From the NCBI GenBank assembly GCA_963785755.1, contig CAWAXG010000002.1, forward strand, positions 817,128 to 881,127: a stretch of 64,000 nt of DNA, given 5' to 3'. Shown here piece by piece: positions 1-7,717 of this stretch. A program made the position numbers and the translations under genes. The notes below the pieces were generated by a model. That model was not told the DNA's origin, made no database searches, and saw only the letters and a list, made by a program, of their open reading frames with translations. Numbering within the stretch: position 1 is the first letter of the stretch; every line of letters begins with the position of its first letter. Source of the DNA: an uncultured Acidobacteriota bacterium. GTDB lineage: Bacteria; Acidobacteriota; Vicinamibacteria; Vicinamibacterales; 2-12-FULL-66-21.

Positions 1-155
1 AGCTCCTTGCCGACGCGATTCAACCGTTCCTGAACCGGCTGTTTCGCGACGCCGCCCTGCACCGCGGCCGATGACGGCATCGGATCGAACGCCCGGCACG
101 CGAAGCCTGCGGCCAGAACGAACACGAGCGTGGTGCGCAACCGGGTGAGCCTCAT
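1..155 (-). CDS. 5' fragment of a secreted/lipoprotein-like protein (runs off the window start)
   Basis: Minus-strand ATG at 155-153 followed by MRLTRLRTTLVFVLAAGFACRAFDP... (basic n-region, hydrophobic core, lipobox-like LAAGFAC). Frame stays open to nt 1. Absent from the ORF track because it is truncated. Confidence 0.3.
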   Translation of the reverse strand, partial: MRLTRLRTTLVFVLAAGFACRAFDPMPSSAAVQGGVAKQPVQERLNRVGKE

Positions 156-210
156 GGATCGATGGCCGGAACGATCATGATTCGTCGCGCGCTTGTGACG
201 TGTCAAGGCA

Positions 211-427
211 GGCGCTATCGCAGACGGCACGACGGCACGACGGCACGACGGCACGACGAAAATCGATGCCATAAGTGATTCCTCGTGACTTCGCAATCTC
301 CCGTCCTCCCGTCCTCCTTGTGAAGTGCCCCTGTCCTGGCGCTCGAGAAGCGTCGTCCCAGTGACTTCGTGGCCTTCGTTGCGGCGCGAAGCGCAAAGGC
401 GTCGTAGTCACTTCGTCGTGACGTCGT
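211..427 (-). repeat. Type I intergenic mosaic element, copy 1 (degenerate, with internal insertion)
   Basis: GGCGCTATCGC, then (GACGGCAC)x4.5 at 223-258, a degenerate CTTCGTG-type opposing arm, and GCGGCGCGAAGCGCAA at 381-396. An internal insertion carries (CTCCCGTC)x2.5 at 298-318. The right end overlaps the stop and last codons of CDS 408..1370. Strand is the reading TTGCGCTTCGCGC -> (CACGACGG)n. Confidence 0.75.
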
Positions 428-1370
428 ACACATAGATAGTGGACTTGTCGTCCTCGGGCATGAAATAGCCCCTGAGGCCCGACGCGCTCGGCTCGATCCA
501 TACCGGGTTGTGCATCATGTCCAACCCGGTCGCGGTCCAGAGCAGCACCGGCACCTGGTGTATCGGGCGGCCGTCACGGAGGTCGACGAGATCGAGACCG
601 CCCAGCCTGAACGGGGCCGCGGTCGGACTCTGACGCATCTCCGTGACCCCGGAGCACAACATGCGATGGCTGCCCGCATACTTGCAGTCCTGGTAGTCGA
701 CGTAGTGCGAACGGTTGAGCGTGCGCAGCTTCTCGGGGGCCGTCCCCGCATTCGTCACCTTCCCGCTGCGATCGAGCGTCCACCGGTAGAAACGCCGCGA
801 GCCCCAGCTGACACCGTGCAGCGTGTTGTCATCGGTGTTGCGGGCGACCCCGCCGATCGAATCGGCGAAGCGGAACACTTCCACCGCCTTCATGCTGCCG
901 GGATCGACGCGGTAGAACATCGAGCGGCTGTTCGGCCGGTACTCCGAGACTGGCACCCAGATGTGCGTCCCGTCGAAATCGATCCCGCCGGGGTGATACA
1001 TCGTCCCTTCCCCGAGCGCGAGATCCGCGATCAGCTTTCCGTCCTTGTCGATCTTGAAGAGATGGCCGGCGCCCTCACCCGTGTCGCGATCGTAGCCGCC
1101 GGCAGGCTCCGCAAACCGGCGGGTGCGCACCCTGACCTCGACTGACGACACGAAATACGTGTCGCCGATCTTCACCATGCCCTGCGGGTGATGTGCCGGG
1201 AAGCCCACCGGCACCGACGCGACGAGCTTCCACGGGGATTCGCGGGTCAACTGCATCACTCGATCCGCGACCATCGACCTGGTCCCGGCTGGAGCGGACT
1301 GCAGGACCAGGGCAGCGGCCAGCCCGGCCGCGGATTTCAGCATCAAGTGCAAGGCTCTCCTGCCTTTCAT
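408..1370 (-). CDS. secreted protein of unknown function (signal peptide + ~300-aa globular, possibly beta-propeller-like body)
   Basis: ORF 408..1397. In-frame ATG at 1370 gives [28 protein letters not shown] (signal-peptide-like). Long ORF with ordinary amino-acid composition; I do not recognise the family. Confidence 0.6.
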   Translation of the reverse strand: MKGRRALHLMLKSAAGLAAALVLQSAPAGTRSMVADRVMQLTRESPWKLVASVPVGFPAHHPQGMVKIGDTYFVSSVEVRVRTRRFAEPAGGYDRDTGEGAGHLFKIDKDGKLIADLALGEGTMYHPGGIDFDGTHIWVPVSEYRPNSRSMFYRVDPGSMKAVEVFRFADSIGGVARNTDDNTLHGVSWGSRRFYRWTLDRSGKVTNAGTAPEKLRTLNRSHYVDYQDCKYAGSHRMLCSGVTEMRQSPTAAPFRLGGLDLVDLRDGRPIHQVPVLLWTATGLDMMHNPVWIEPSASGLRGYFMPEDDKSTIYVYDVTTK

Positions 1371-1472
1371 CGGCCCGAACGTCCCACCCGGGCCCACCGT
1401 CTAACCAACCGGTTCTACAAGGAACAAGGGGAGCCCTGTTCCTTCAGGCTGCGTCTTTCAGCAGCCTGCCTA

Positions 1473-1507
1473 GTCCCGAATCCCGAATCCCGAGTCCCGA
1501 GTCCCGA
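1473..1507 (+). repeat. tandem heptamer array (G/A)TCCCGA x5, ending 4 nt before the permease ATG
   Basis: gtcccga atcccga atcccga gtcccga gtcccga read directly. It is the reverse complement of the TCGGGAC/GGGACTC units at 3984-4090. Confidence 0.9.
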
Positions 1508-1511
1508 CGCT

Positions 1512-3983
1512 ATGCGACTACTCCCTACCCGAATTAGCCGTATTCTCCGCCGTTTCCTGCGCGCGCCCGGGTTTACATTCGTGGCCGTGCTCACGCTTGC
1601 GGCCGGGATTGGCGCCAACGCGGCCATTTTCGCGGTCGTTCGTGGCGTGCTCCTCAAGCCGCTGCCCTACCAGGAACCGGAGCGGCTGGTCTCGGTCTGG
1701 CACTCCGCCCCCGGCATGAACGTGCCGATGCTCAACCAGTCGCCCGCCACCTATTTCATCTACAAGGACGAGGGGCGGGTGTTCGAGCACATCGGCATCT
1801 GGAACGACACGGCGGTCACGGTGACCGGCGTCGGCGAGCCGGAGCGAATTGTCGCGATGCAGGTCACACAGGGGGTGCTCGACGCGCTCCGCGTCGAGCC
1901 GCTCATCGGCCGCCGGTTCACGGCTGACGACGATTCGCCGCGAACGCCGCGGCGCGTGATTCTCACGCATGCCTACTGGCAGCAGAAGTTCGGCAGCGAT
2001 TCGATGGTGGTCGGCCGCAACGTGACAATTGACGGCACACCCAGGGAGATCGTCGGCGTGCTGCCAGCCGATTTCCGCTTTCTCGACAGGCAGCTGCAGG
2101 TCGTGCTGCCGCTCCGATTCGACCGCGCGAAGCTCTTCGTCGGCAACTTCAGCTTCCAGGGGATTGCCCGCCTCCGGCCCGGCGTCACGATCGAGCAGGC
2201 GAACGCCGACGTCGCGCGCATGATTCCGCTCGTGATCGAACGGTTCCCGCTGCCCGGCGGCTTCACGAAAAAGATGTTCGAAGAGATCCGGATGGCACCG
2301 AACACCCGTCCTCTCTCGGCTGACGTGATCGGCGACGTCGGCCGCATCCTCTGGGTGCTCCTGGGAACGGTCGGCCTCGTTCTCCTCATCGCCTGTGCGA
2401 ACGTCGCGAATCTGTTTCTCGTTCGCGCGGAGTCACGGCAGCAGGAGCTCGCAATTCACGCCGCGCTCGGCGCCAGCTGGCGGCAGGTCGCGTGGGAGCT
2501 GCTTTCCGAGAGCCTCGCCCTCTCGCTTGCAGGCGGCGCTGCGGGCGTGCTGCTCGCGTATGCGGGTGTCCGCGGGCTCGTCGCGATGGCGCCACAGGGG
2601 CTGCCCCGGCTGGCCGACATCTCGATCGATCCGCTCGTGCTCCTCTTCACCGCAGGGATCTCGCTCCTCGCCGGCCTGCTGTTCGGGTTGATCCCGGTCG
2701 TGAAGTTCGCGACGCCGCACCTGGCCGGAGCGCTGAAGGAAGGCGGCCGCCTGTCGAGCGCCGGGCGGACGCGGCACCGCGCGCGGAATGCCCTGGTGGT
2801 CGCCGAAATCGCGCTCGCCGTCGTGCTGCTCGTCGCCTCGGGCTTGATGATCCGCACGTTCCAGGCCATGCGCCAGGTCCATCCCGGGTTCGCAAGTCCC
2901 GCCGACGTGCTGACCTTCCGGGTCTCGATTCCGTCGTCTCTCGTGTCCGATCCGGAGGCCACGACGCGGATGCATCAGCAGATCGCGGAGCGCCTCGAAC
3001 AGCTTCCCGGCGTGACGTCGGTGGGCGTGACGTCCTCGATCACGATGGACGGATCGAATTCCAACGATCCGATCTTCGTCGAAGATTTTCCGGGACCGGG
3101 CGGACGGATCCCACCGCTCCGCCGGTTCAAATCGATCGGGGCCCGCTACTTCGAGACGATGGGCAATCCGGTGGTGGCGGGACGGGCGCTGACCTGGAAC
3201 GACAGCCTGGAGCGCGCGACGGTCGTGATGGTCAGCGAGAACTTTGCCCGCGAGTTCTGGAAGGAGCCGTCGGCCGCGATCGGCCGCCGCATCAGGCAGA
3301 ACACGACCGATCCGTGGCGCACGATCGTCGGCGTCGCCGCGGATGAACGCGACAACGGTGTCGCCCAAGCTGCGCCGGCAATCGTCTACTGGCCGATGCT
3401 GCTCAAGGACTTCTGGGGCACTCCGCTGGAGGTGCGGCGGGAAATGGCTTATGCGGTGCGAAGCGGCCGTCCGGAGTCGGCGACGCTGCTCGAGGAGATT
3501 CAGCAGGCGGTGTGGTCGGTCAACTCCAATCTGCCCGTCGCCCGCGTCCGCACGCTGACCGAGATCCAATCGCGATCGATGGCCCAGACCTCGTTCGCGC
3601 TCGTCATGCTCGGCATCGCTGCCGCGGTCGCGCTGCTCCTCGGCGTCGTCGGCATCTACGGCGTGATCTCTTACGTCGCCACGCAGCGCACCCGCGAAAT
3701 CGGCATCCGGATGGCGCTCGGCGCCGCCGCCCGCGACGTCGGCAGCCTGTTCCTGCGGCATGGCCTGATCCTCGTCACCATCGGGGTCGTCCTCGGCACG
3801 ATCGCGGCGGCGCTGCTGACGCGAGTGATGAGTACGCTGCTGTTCGGCGTCAGCTCGATGGATCCCGCGACGTACGCCATCGTGGCCATCGGCCTGGCGG
3901 CGACGGCCCTGCTCGCAAGCTACCTGCCGGCGCGCCGCGCCGCCCGCATCGATCCCGCTACGGCGCTTCGGTGGGAGGCTTAG
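1512..3983 (+). CDS. ABC transporter permease, MacB-like / ADOP family (FtsX domains)
   Basis: ORF 1188..3983. In-frame ATG 1512 gives [40 protein letters not shown], the usual N-terminus of this family. Two FtsX-type TM clusters flank a large periplasmic region. C-terminus ...[13 protein letters not shown]. Confidence 0.85.
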   Translation: MRLLPTRISRILRRFLRAPGFTFVAVLTLAAGIGANAAIFAVVRGVLLKPLPYQEPERLVSVWHSAPGMNVPMLNQSPATYFIYKDEGRVFEHIGIWNDTAVTVTGVGEPERIVAMQVTQGVLDALRVEPLIGRRFTADDDSPRTPRRVILTHAYWQQKFGSDSMVVGRNVTIDGTPREIVGVLPADFRFLDRQLQVVLPLRFDRAKLFVGNFSFQGIARLRPGVTIEQANADVARMIPLVIERFPLPGGFTKKMFEEIRMAPNTRPLSADVIGDVGRILWVLLGTVGLVLLIACANVANLFLVRAESRQQELAIHAALGASWRQVAWELLSESLALSLAGGAAGVLLAYAGVRGLVAMAPQGLPRLADISIDPLVLLFTAGISLLAGLLFGLIPVVKFATPHLAGALKEGGRLSSAGRTRHRARNALVVAEIALAVVLLVASGLMIRTFQAMRQVHPGFASPADVLTFRVSIPSSLVSDPEATTRMHQQIAERLEQLPGVTSVGVTSSITMDGSNSNDPIFVEDFPGPGGRIPPLRRFKSIGARYFETMGNPVVAGRALTWNDSLERATVVMVSENFAREFWKEPSAAIGRRIRQNTTDPWRTIVGVAADERDNGVAQAAPAIVYWPMLLKDFWGTPLEVRREMAYAVRSGRPESATLLEEIQQAVWSVNSNLPVARVRTLTEIQSRSMAQTSFALVMLGIAAAVALLLGVVGIYGVISYVATQRTREIGIRMALGAAARDVGSLFLRHGLILVTIGVVLGTIAAALLTRVMSTLLFGVSSMDPATYAIVAIGLAATALLASYLPARRAARIDPATALRWEA

Positions 3984-4225
3984 GATCGGGACTCGGGGGT
4001 CGGGGCTCGGGACTGGGTCGTTCGGGACTCGGGACTCGGGGCTGGGGATCGGGATCGGTGATCGGGGTCGGGGACTCGCGGGTCTGGGTGGTTACGGGTC
4101 GGCTCCCCCGGGACGTGGGACTCCGGTCACAGCCTGCCGCGTCACAGCCTGCGCGCGATCGAAGGCCTGCGCGGAGCGCGAAGGCGGGCGCAGCGCGAAG
4201 GCGCGAAGCGCGAAGGCGGGGTGTC
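3984..4225 (+). repeat. Type II composite intergenic element, copy A
   Basis: Starts directly after the TAG at 3981-3983. About 15 degenerate GGGACTC/NNTCGGG heptamers (3984-4090), then core GGTGGTTACGGGTCGGCTCCCC..GGGACTCCGGTCACAGCCTGCCGCG, then GTCACAGCCTGC x2, then a GCGCGAAGG-type array (~4155-4221). The core aligns with the reverse complement of 38281-38400. Confidence 0.8.
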
Positions 4226-4242
4226 TTGCGCTGTCCGGGGAA

Positions 4243-5511
4243 GTGATGCTCAGATCAACTGTTGTGCCTGCCGCCGATCCCGTTCATGAAGCGGTAAATG
4301 CCGTCTATCTCTCCGATTCGCGGCGTGTTCTCGCGACACTGATCCGGCTGCTCGGCGATTTCGACGTCGCCGAGGAGGCGCTGCACGACGCCTTCAGGGC
4401 GGCGCTGGAGCAGTGGCCGCGAGACGGGGTACCTGCCAATCCGCGCGCCTGGCTGGTGTCGACCGGCCGCTTCAAGGCTATCGACGGTTTGCGGCGGCGC
4501 GCGCGGTTCGACGCGCTCGACGAGAGCGGCAGCGGCATGGACATCGCCGTCGAGGACACTGCCGCCTGGGCCGACGAAGAGAGCGTGGGGGATGACCGGC
4601 TGCGGCTCATCTTCACGTGCTGCCATCCCGCGCTGGCGCCGGATGCGCAGGTCGCGTTGACCCTGCGCGAGGTGTGCGGACTGACGACCGAGGAGATCGC
4701 GCAGGCCTTTCTGACCCCGGCGCCGACCGTGGCGCAGCGCATCGTCCGGGCGAAGGCGAAGATTCGGGACGCGCGTATTCCGTATCAGGTGCCGACGCCC
4801 GCCGAGCTGCCAGAGCGGCTGGACGCGGTGCTGCGCGTCATCTACCTGGTGTTCAACGAGGGCTACTCGGCCTCCTCGGGGACCTCGCTGACGCGGCACG
4901 ACCTCTCCGCCGAGGCGATTCGTCTCGGCCGGCTGCTCGTCGATCTGCTGCCGGAGCCGGAGGCGATCGGCCTGCTCGCCTTGATGCTGCTCCACGAATC
5001 GCGGCGCCGGACGCGATCGAGCCCGTCGGGCGAGGTCGTCCTGCTCAGCGAACAGGACCGCTCGCTGTGGGATCGCGATCAGATCGCCGAGGGCTCCCGG
5101 CTCGTGGAGCGATCGCTGTCGACGCAGCGCTTCGGCCCGTACACGCTCCAGGCGGCGATTGCGGCAGTGCACGCGGAAGCACCGAGCGCGGAAGAAACCG
5201 ACTGGGAAGAAATCGTCGGTCTGTACGGCCTGCTGCTTCGGGCCGAGCCTTCACCCGTGATCGAGCTGAACCGGGCGGTCGCCGTGGCCATGAAAGACGG
5301 GCCAGGCGCGGGGTTGGACCTCATCGACGCGATTCTCCGGCGCGGCGACCTGGTGACCTACCGCCTCGCCCATGCCGCGCGTGCGGACATGTGCCGTCGC
5401 CTGGGACGAACGGCTGACGCGCGCGCCGCCTACGAACGGGCCCTCGAGCTCACGAAGCAGGACCCGGAACGGCGATTCCTCGAGCGGCGGCTGGCTGAAC
5501 TGGGGAATTAG
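4243..5511 (+). CDS. ECF-type RNA polymerase sigma factor with long C-terminal helical/TPR-like extension (COG4941 type)
   Basis: 422-aa ORF (GTG 4243 or ATG 4246). Region-2-like [38 protein letters not shown] and region-4-like [36 protein letters not shown], then a ~200-aa extension. Confidence 0.85.
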   Translation: MMLRSTVVPAADPVHEAVNAVYLSDSRRVLATLIRLLGDFDVAEEALHDAFRAALEQWPRDGVPANPRAWLVSTGRFKAIDGLRRRARFDALDESGSGMDIAVEDTAAWADEESVGDDRLRLIFTCCHPALAPDAQVALTLREVCGLTTEEIAQAFLTPAPTVAQRIVRAKAKIRDARIPYQVPTPAELPERLDAVLRVIYLVFNEGYSASSGTSLTRHDLSAEAIRLGRLLVDLLPEPEAIGLLALMLLHESRRRTRSSPSGEVVLLSEQDRSLWDRDQIAEGSRLVERSLSTQRFGPYTLQAAIAAVHAEAPSAEETDWEEIVGLYGLLLRAEPSPVIELNRAVAVAMKDGPGAGLDLIDAILRRGDLVTYRLAHAARADMCRRLGRTADARAAYERALELTKQDPERRFLERRLAELGN

Positions 5512-5585
5512 CGAAGGGTGTGTCGAATCAGGGGGTCGCCGACCGACAACTACGTAGTGCGGCAAATCTCGGAGGCAGGTCTACG

Positions 5586-5700
5586 AATTGCGCTTCGCGC
5601 TGCACGACGGCGACGACGGCACGACGTCACAAAGGCCCCGGGTGAAATTTTTCACGTCGTGCCGTCGTGCCGTCGTGCCTTCGTGCGGCGCGATAGCGCC
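5586..5700 (+). repeat. Type I intergenic mosaic element, copy 2 (long near-perfect hairpin)
   Basis: TTGCGCTTCGCGC (5588-5600). Arm CACGACGGCGACGACGGCACGACGT (5603-5627) is complementary to ACGTCGTGCCGTCGTGCCGTCGTG (5654-5677) apart from one bulge. The loop holds an inner palindrome GTGAAA-TT-TTTCAC. Ends with GCGGCGCGATAGCGCC (5685-5700). Confidence 0.85.
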
Positions 5701-5733
5701 TCGTCAGCCGATTCGGACGATTAGAGAAACGTT

Positions 5734-6069
5734 ATGAAATATCTGTGCCTGGTCTACATCGAAGAAGCGAAGCTGCACAACCTGCGGGACAGCGAGTGCG
5801 CGGCGTACAGCAGCGGGCTGAAGAACAAGGGGGTGCTGCTCGGCGCCGAACCGCTTCAGCCGGTCGAAACCGCGACCACGGTGCGAGTCCGGAATGGCAA
5901 GGTTTCCATCACCGACGGTCCCTTCGCCGAAACCAAAGAGCAGCTCGCGGGTTTCTATCTCATCGACGCGCGCGATCTGAACGACGCAATTCAGGTCGCG
6001 TCGAAGATCCCGCCCGCCCGTGAGGGGAGCATCGAGGTTCGCCCGGTCAGAGAGCTGATGGTGGACTAG
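5734..6069 (+). CDS. YCII-related (DGPF) domain protein
   Basis: 111 aa. ...NGKVSITDGPFAETKEQLAGFYLIDARDLNDAIQVA... is the DGPF/YCII signature. It lies downstream of a COG4941-type sigma factor, a pairing I know as recurrent. Confidence 0.85.
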   Translation: MKYLCLVYIEEAKLHNLRDSECAAYSSGLKNKGVLLGAEPLQPVETATTVRVRNGKVSITDGPFAETKEQLAGFYLIDARDLNDAIQVASKIPPAREGSIEVRPVRELMVD

Positions 6070-6075
6070 TAGACC

Positions 6076-6098
6076 GAGCAGGCGGCTTCCTCCTGCTC
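6076..6098. terminator. hairpin between convergent genes (possible bidirectional terminator)
   Basis: GAGCAGG (6076-6082) / CCTGCTC (6092-6098), 7-bp stem with a 9-nt loop, between stop 6069 (+) and stop 6103 (-). No T-tract. Confidence 0.4.
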
Positions 6099-6102
6099 CT
6101 TG

Positions 6103-7395
6103 CTACTTGCTAAGCGACACGTCCTTCGTCTCGCCGATGGCCAGCAGACCCACGAGCGTGAGCGCAGCGGCGGCTGAAAGGTAGTAGCCGACGTAGTGGA
6201 GCCCGTAGCGCTGCGCGAGCCAGGTCGCGACGTACGGCGCGAGCGACGCACCGAAGATGCCCGCCAGGTTGAACGTCACCGAGCTCCCGGTGTAGCGCAC
6301 TCTGGTCGGAAACAGCTCCGACAATGCGGTCCCCAGGGGTCCATAGGTGAGCCCCATCAACGACAGGCCGATCACCGTCGCCAGGGTCGCACCCGCGAGG
6401 CCCGCCGACAACATCGGACCCATCACGAGTCCGAACACACCGATCGCGATGGTGACCCCGATCAACGTCCGCCGGCGGCCGCGCTCGGCGAGGACGGCGC
6501 TGAGCGGAATCGTCGCCGCGAAGAACACGATCCCGACGAGCTGAATCAGCAGGAACGTCGTCCGGCTGTAGCCGAGTGCCGTCGTGGCCCACGACAGCGC
6601 GAAGACCGTGACGAGATAGAAAAGCACGAACGTCGCCAGCGAGACGAGAATGCCGAGCACCAGCGTTCGCGGGTACTCCCGGAATACCACCAGGATGGGC
6701 ACCTTGGCGCGATCCTCACGGGTGACCGCTTCGCGGAAGACCGGGGTCTCGGTGATCGTCAGCCGGACGTACAGCCCGACGACCACGAGCGCCGCGCTCG
6801 CGAGGAACGGGAACCGCCATCCGTACGCGAAGAACTGATCGTTGGTCAGCCAGCGCGACAGCGCGAGAAACACGGCGCCCGAAAGGAAGAACCCGATCGG
6901 GGCGCCCAGCTGCGGAAACATTCCGTACCATGCGCGTTTCCCGGGCGGCGCGTTCTCCACCGCCAGGAGCACGGCGCCGCCCCACTCGCCGCCAAGTCCA
7001 AGGCCCTGACCGAAACGGCACAGCGCGAGCAGGGCCGGCGCGGCGATGCCGATCGTCTCGTAGGTCGGGAGCAGCCCGATGACCACGGTCGAAAACCCCA
7101 TCGTGAGCAGTGCCGCGACGAGTGTGGTCTTGCGTCCGATGCGATCGCCGAAATGTCCGAACAGCGCCGACCCGATCGGCCGCGCCAGGAACGCGATCGC
7201 GAACGTCGCCAGAGACGCCAGAATGGCCGAGCCCGGATCCGACGCGGGAAAGAACAGCCGCGGAAACACGAGCACCGCCGCCGTCGCATAGATGTAGAAG
7301 TCGAAGAATTCGATCGTCGTCCCGACCAGGCTCGCGAACAGGACCTGCGCAGGAGTGTTGACCCTGTGGCCGGCGGTGGAGTGCGGAGCGGTCAT
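6103..7395 (-). CDS. MFS transporter (metabolite:H+ symporter type)
   Basis: ORF 6103..7461. ATG at 7395 gives MTAPHSTAGHRVNTPAQVLFASLVGTTIEFFDFYIY... MFS loop motif GHFGDRIGRKTTL and about 12 hydrophobic segments. Confidence 0.85.
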   Translation of the reverse strand: MTAPHSTAGHRVNTPAQVLFASLVGTTIEFFDFYIYATAAVLVFPRLFFPASDPGSAILASLATFAIAFLARPIGSALFGHFGDRIGRKTTLVAALLTMGFSTVVIGLLPTYETIGIAAPALLALCRFGQGLGLGGEWGGAVLLAVENAPPGKRAWYGMFPQLGAPIGFFLSGAVFLALSRWLTNDQFFAYGWRFPFLASAALVVVGLYVRLTITETPVFREAVTREDRAKVPILVVFREYPRTLVLGILVSLATFVLFYLVTVFALSWATTALGYSRTTFLLIQLVGIVFFAATIPLSAVLAERGRRRTLIGVTIAIGVFGLVMGPMLSAGLAGATLATVIGLSLMGLTYGPLGTALSELFPTRVRYTGSSVTFNLAGIFGASLAPYVATWLAQRYGLHYVGYYLSAAAALTLVGLLAIGETKDVSLSK

Positions 7396-7519
7396 CGTTG
7401 GCGGGTCGCAAGGGTACCACGGCGTACGCACGGCCCACGGACTCAACCACGAAGACCACAAAGATCACCAAGCTCACAAAGGATTTGTTTCCTTAGCGCG
7501 TTAACGCGTTGTCCGTTGA

Positions 7520-7717
7520 CTACGCCTCATGACTTGGCAGCGGCTCTGGTGGCCGCTCCTTCAAACACTGCCGGCAGAGCGCCTCGGCTCCGCGGATGAC
7601 CAGATGGCGACTGCAGAGCAGGCGATGACAGCGGATGCAGATTCCCCCGTCGAGCTCGTGGAACTCGGAGGAACACTCGGAACAGATGAACGGCACGATC
7701 CGCATGGGCTCACTCAT
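7520..7717 (-). CDS. small Cys/His-rich (zinc-ribbon-like) protein, translationally coupled to the kinase gene
   Basis: 65 codons starting MSEPMRIVPFICSEC... Its ATG (7717-7715) overlaps the TGA of ORF 7714..8448 (ATGA). Ligand pattern C12,C15 / C27,C30,H31 / C35,H38 / C48,C51. Confidence 0.45.
   Translation of the reverse strand: MSEPMRIVPFICSECSSEFHELDGGICIRCHRLLCSRHLVIRGAEALCRQCLKERPPEPLPSHEA

Noticed and set aside
2433-3761. 442-aa minus-strand ORF inside the permease gene. Similar long antisense or out-of-frame ORFs: 10380..12506 (708 aa), 16243..17337, 17464..18741, 26355..28427 (690 aa), 40470..41579, 45972..47231, 48311..50119 (602 aa), 49836..51857 (673 aa), 55723..57633 (636 aa).
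   Set aside because: All lie opposite or out of frame to ORFs with clear family motifs. They are extremely Arg/Ala/Pro/Gly-rich with no recognisable motifs, which is typical of stop-codon-poor shadow frames in high-GC DNA.
3984-4095. Possibility that the tandem arrays (here and at 1473, 27615, 38325, 43524, 57756, 59105) are CRISPR arrays.
   Set aside because: The repeat period is only 6-8 nt, there are no unique spacers and no cas genes are present. The arrays are microsatellite-like modules of larger elements.
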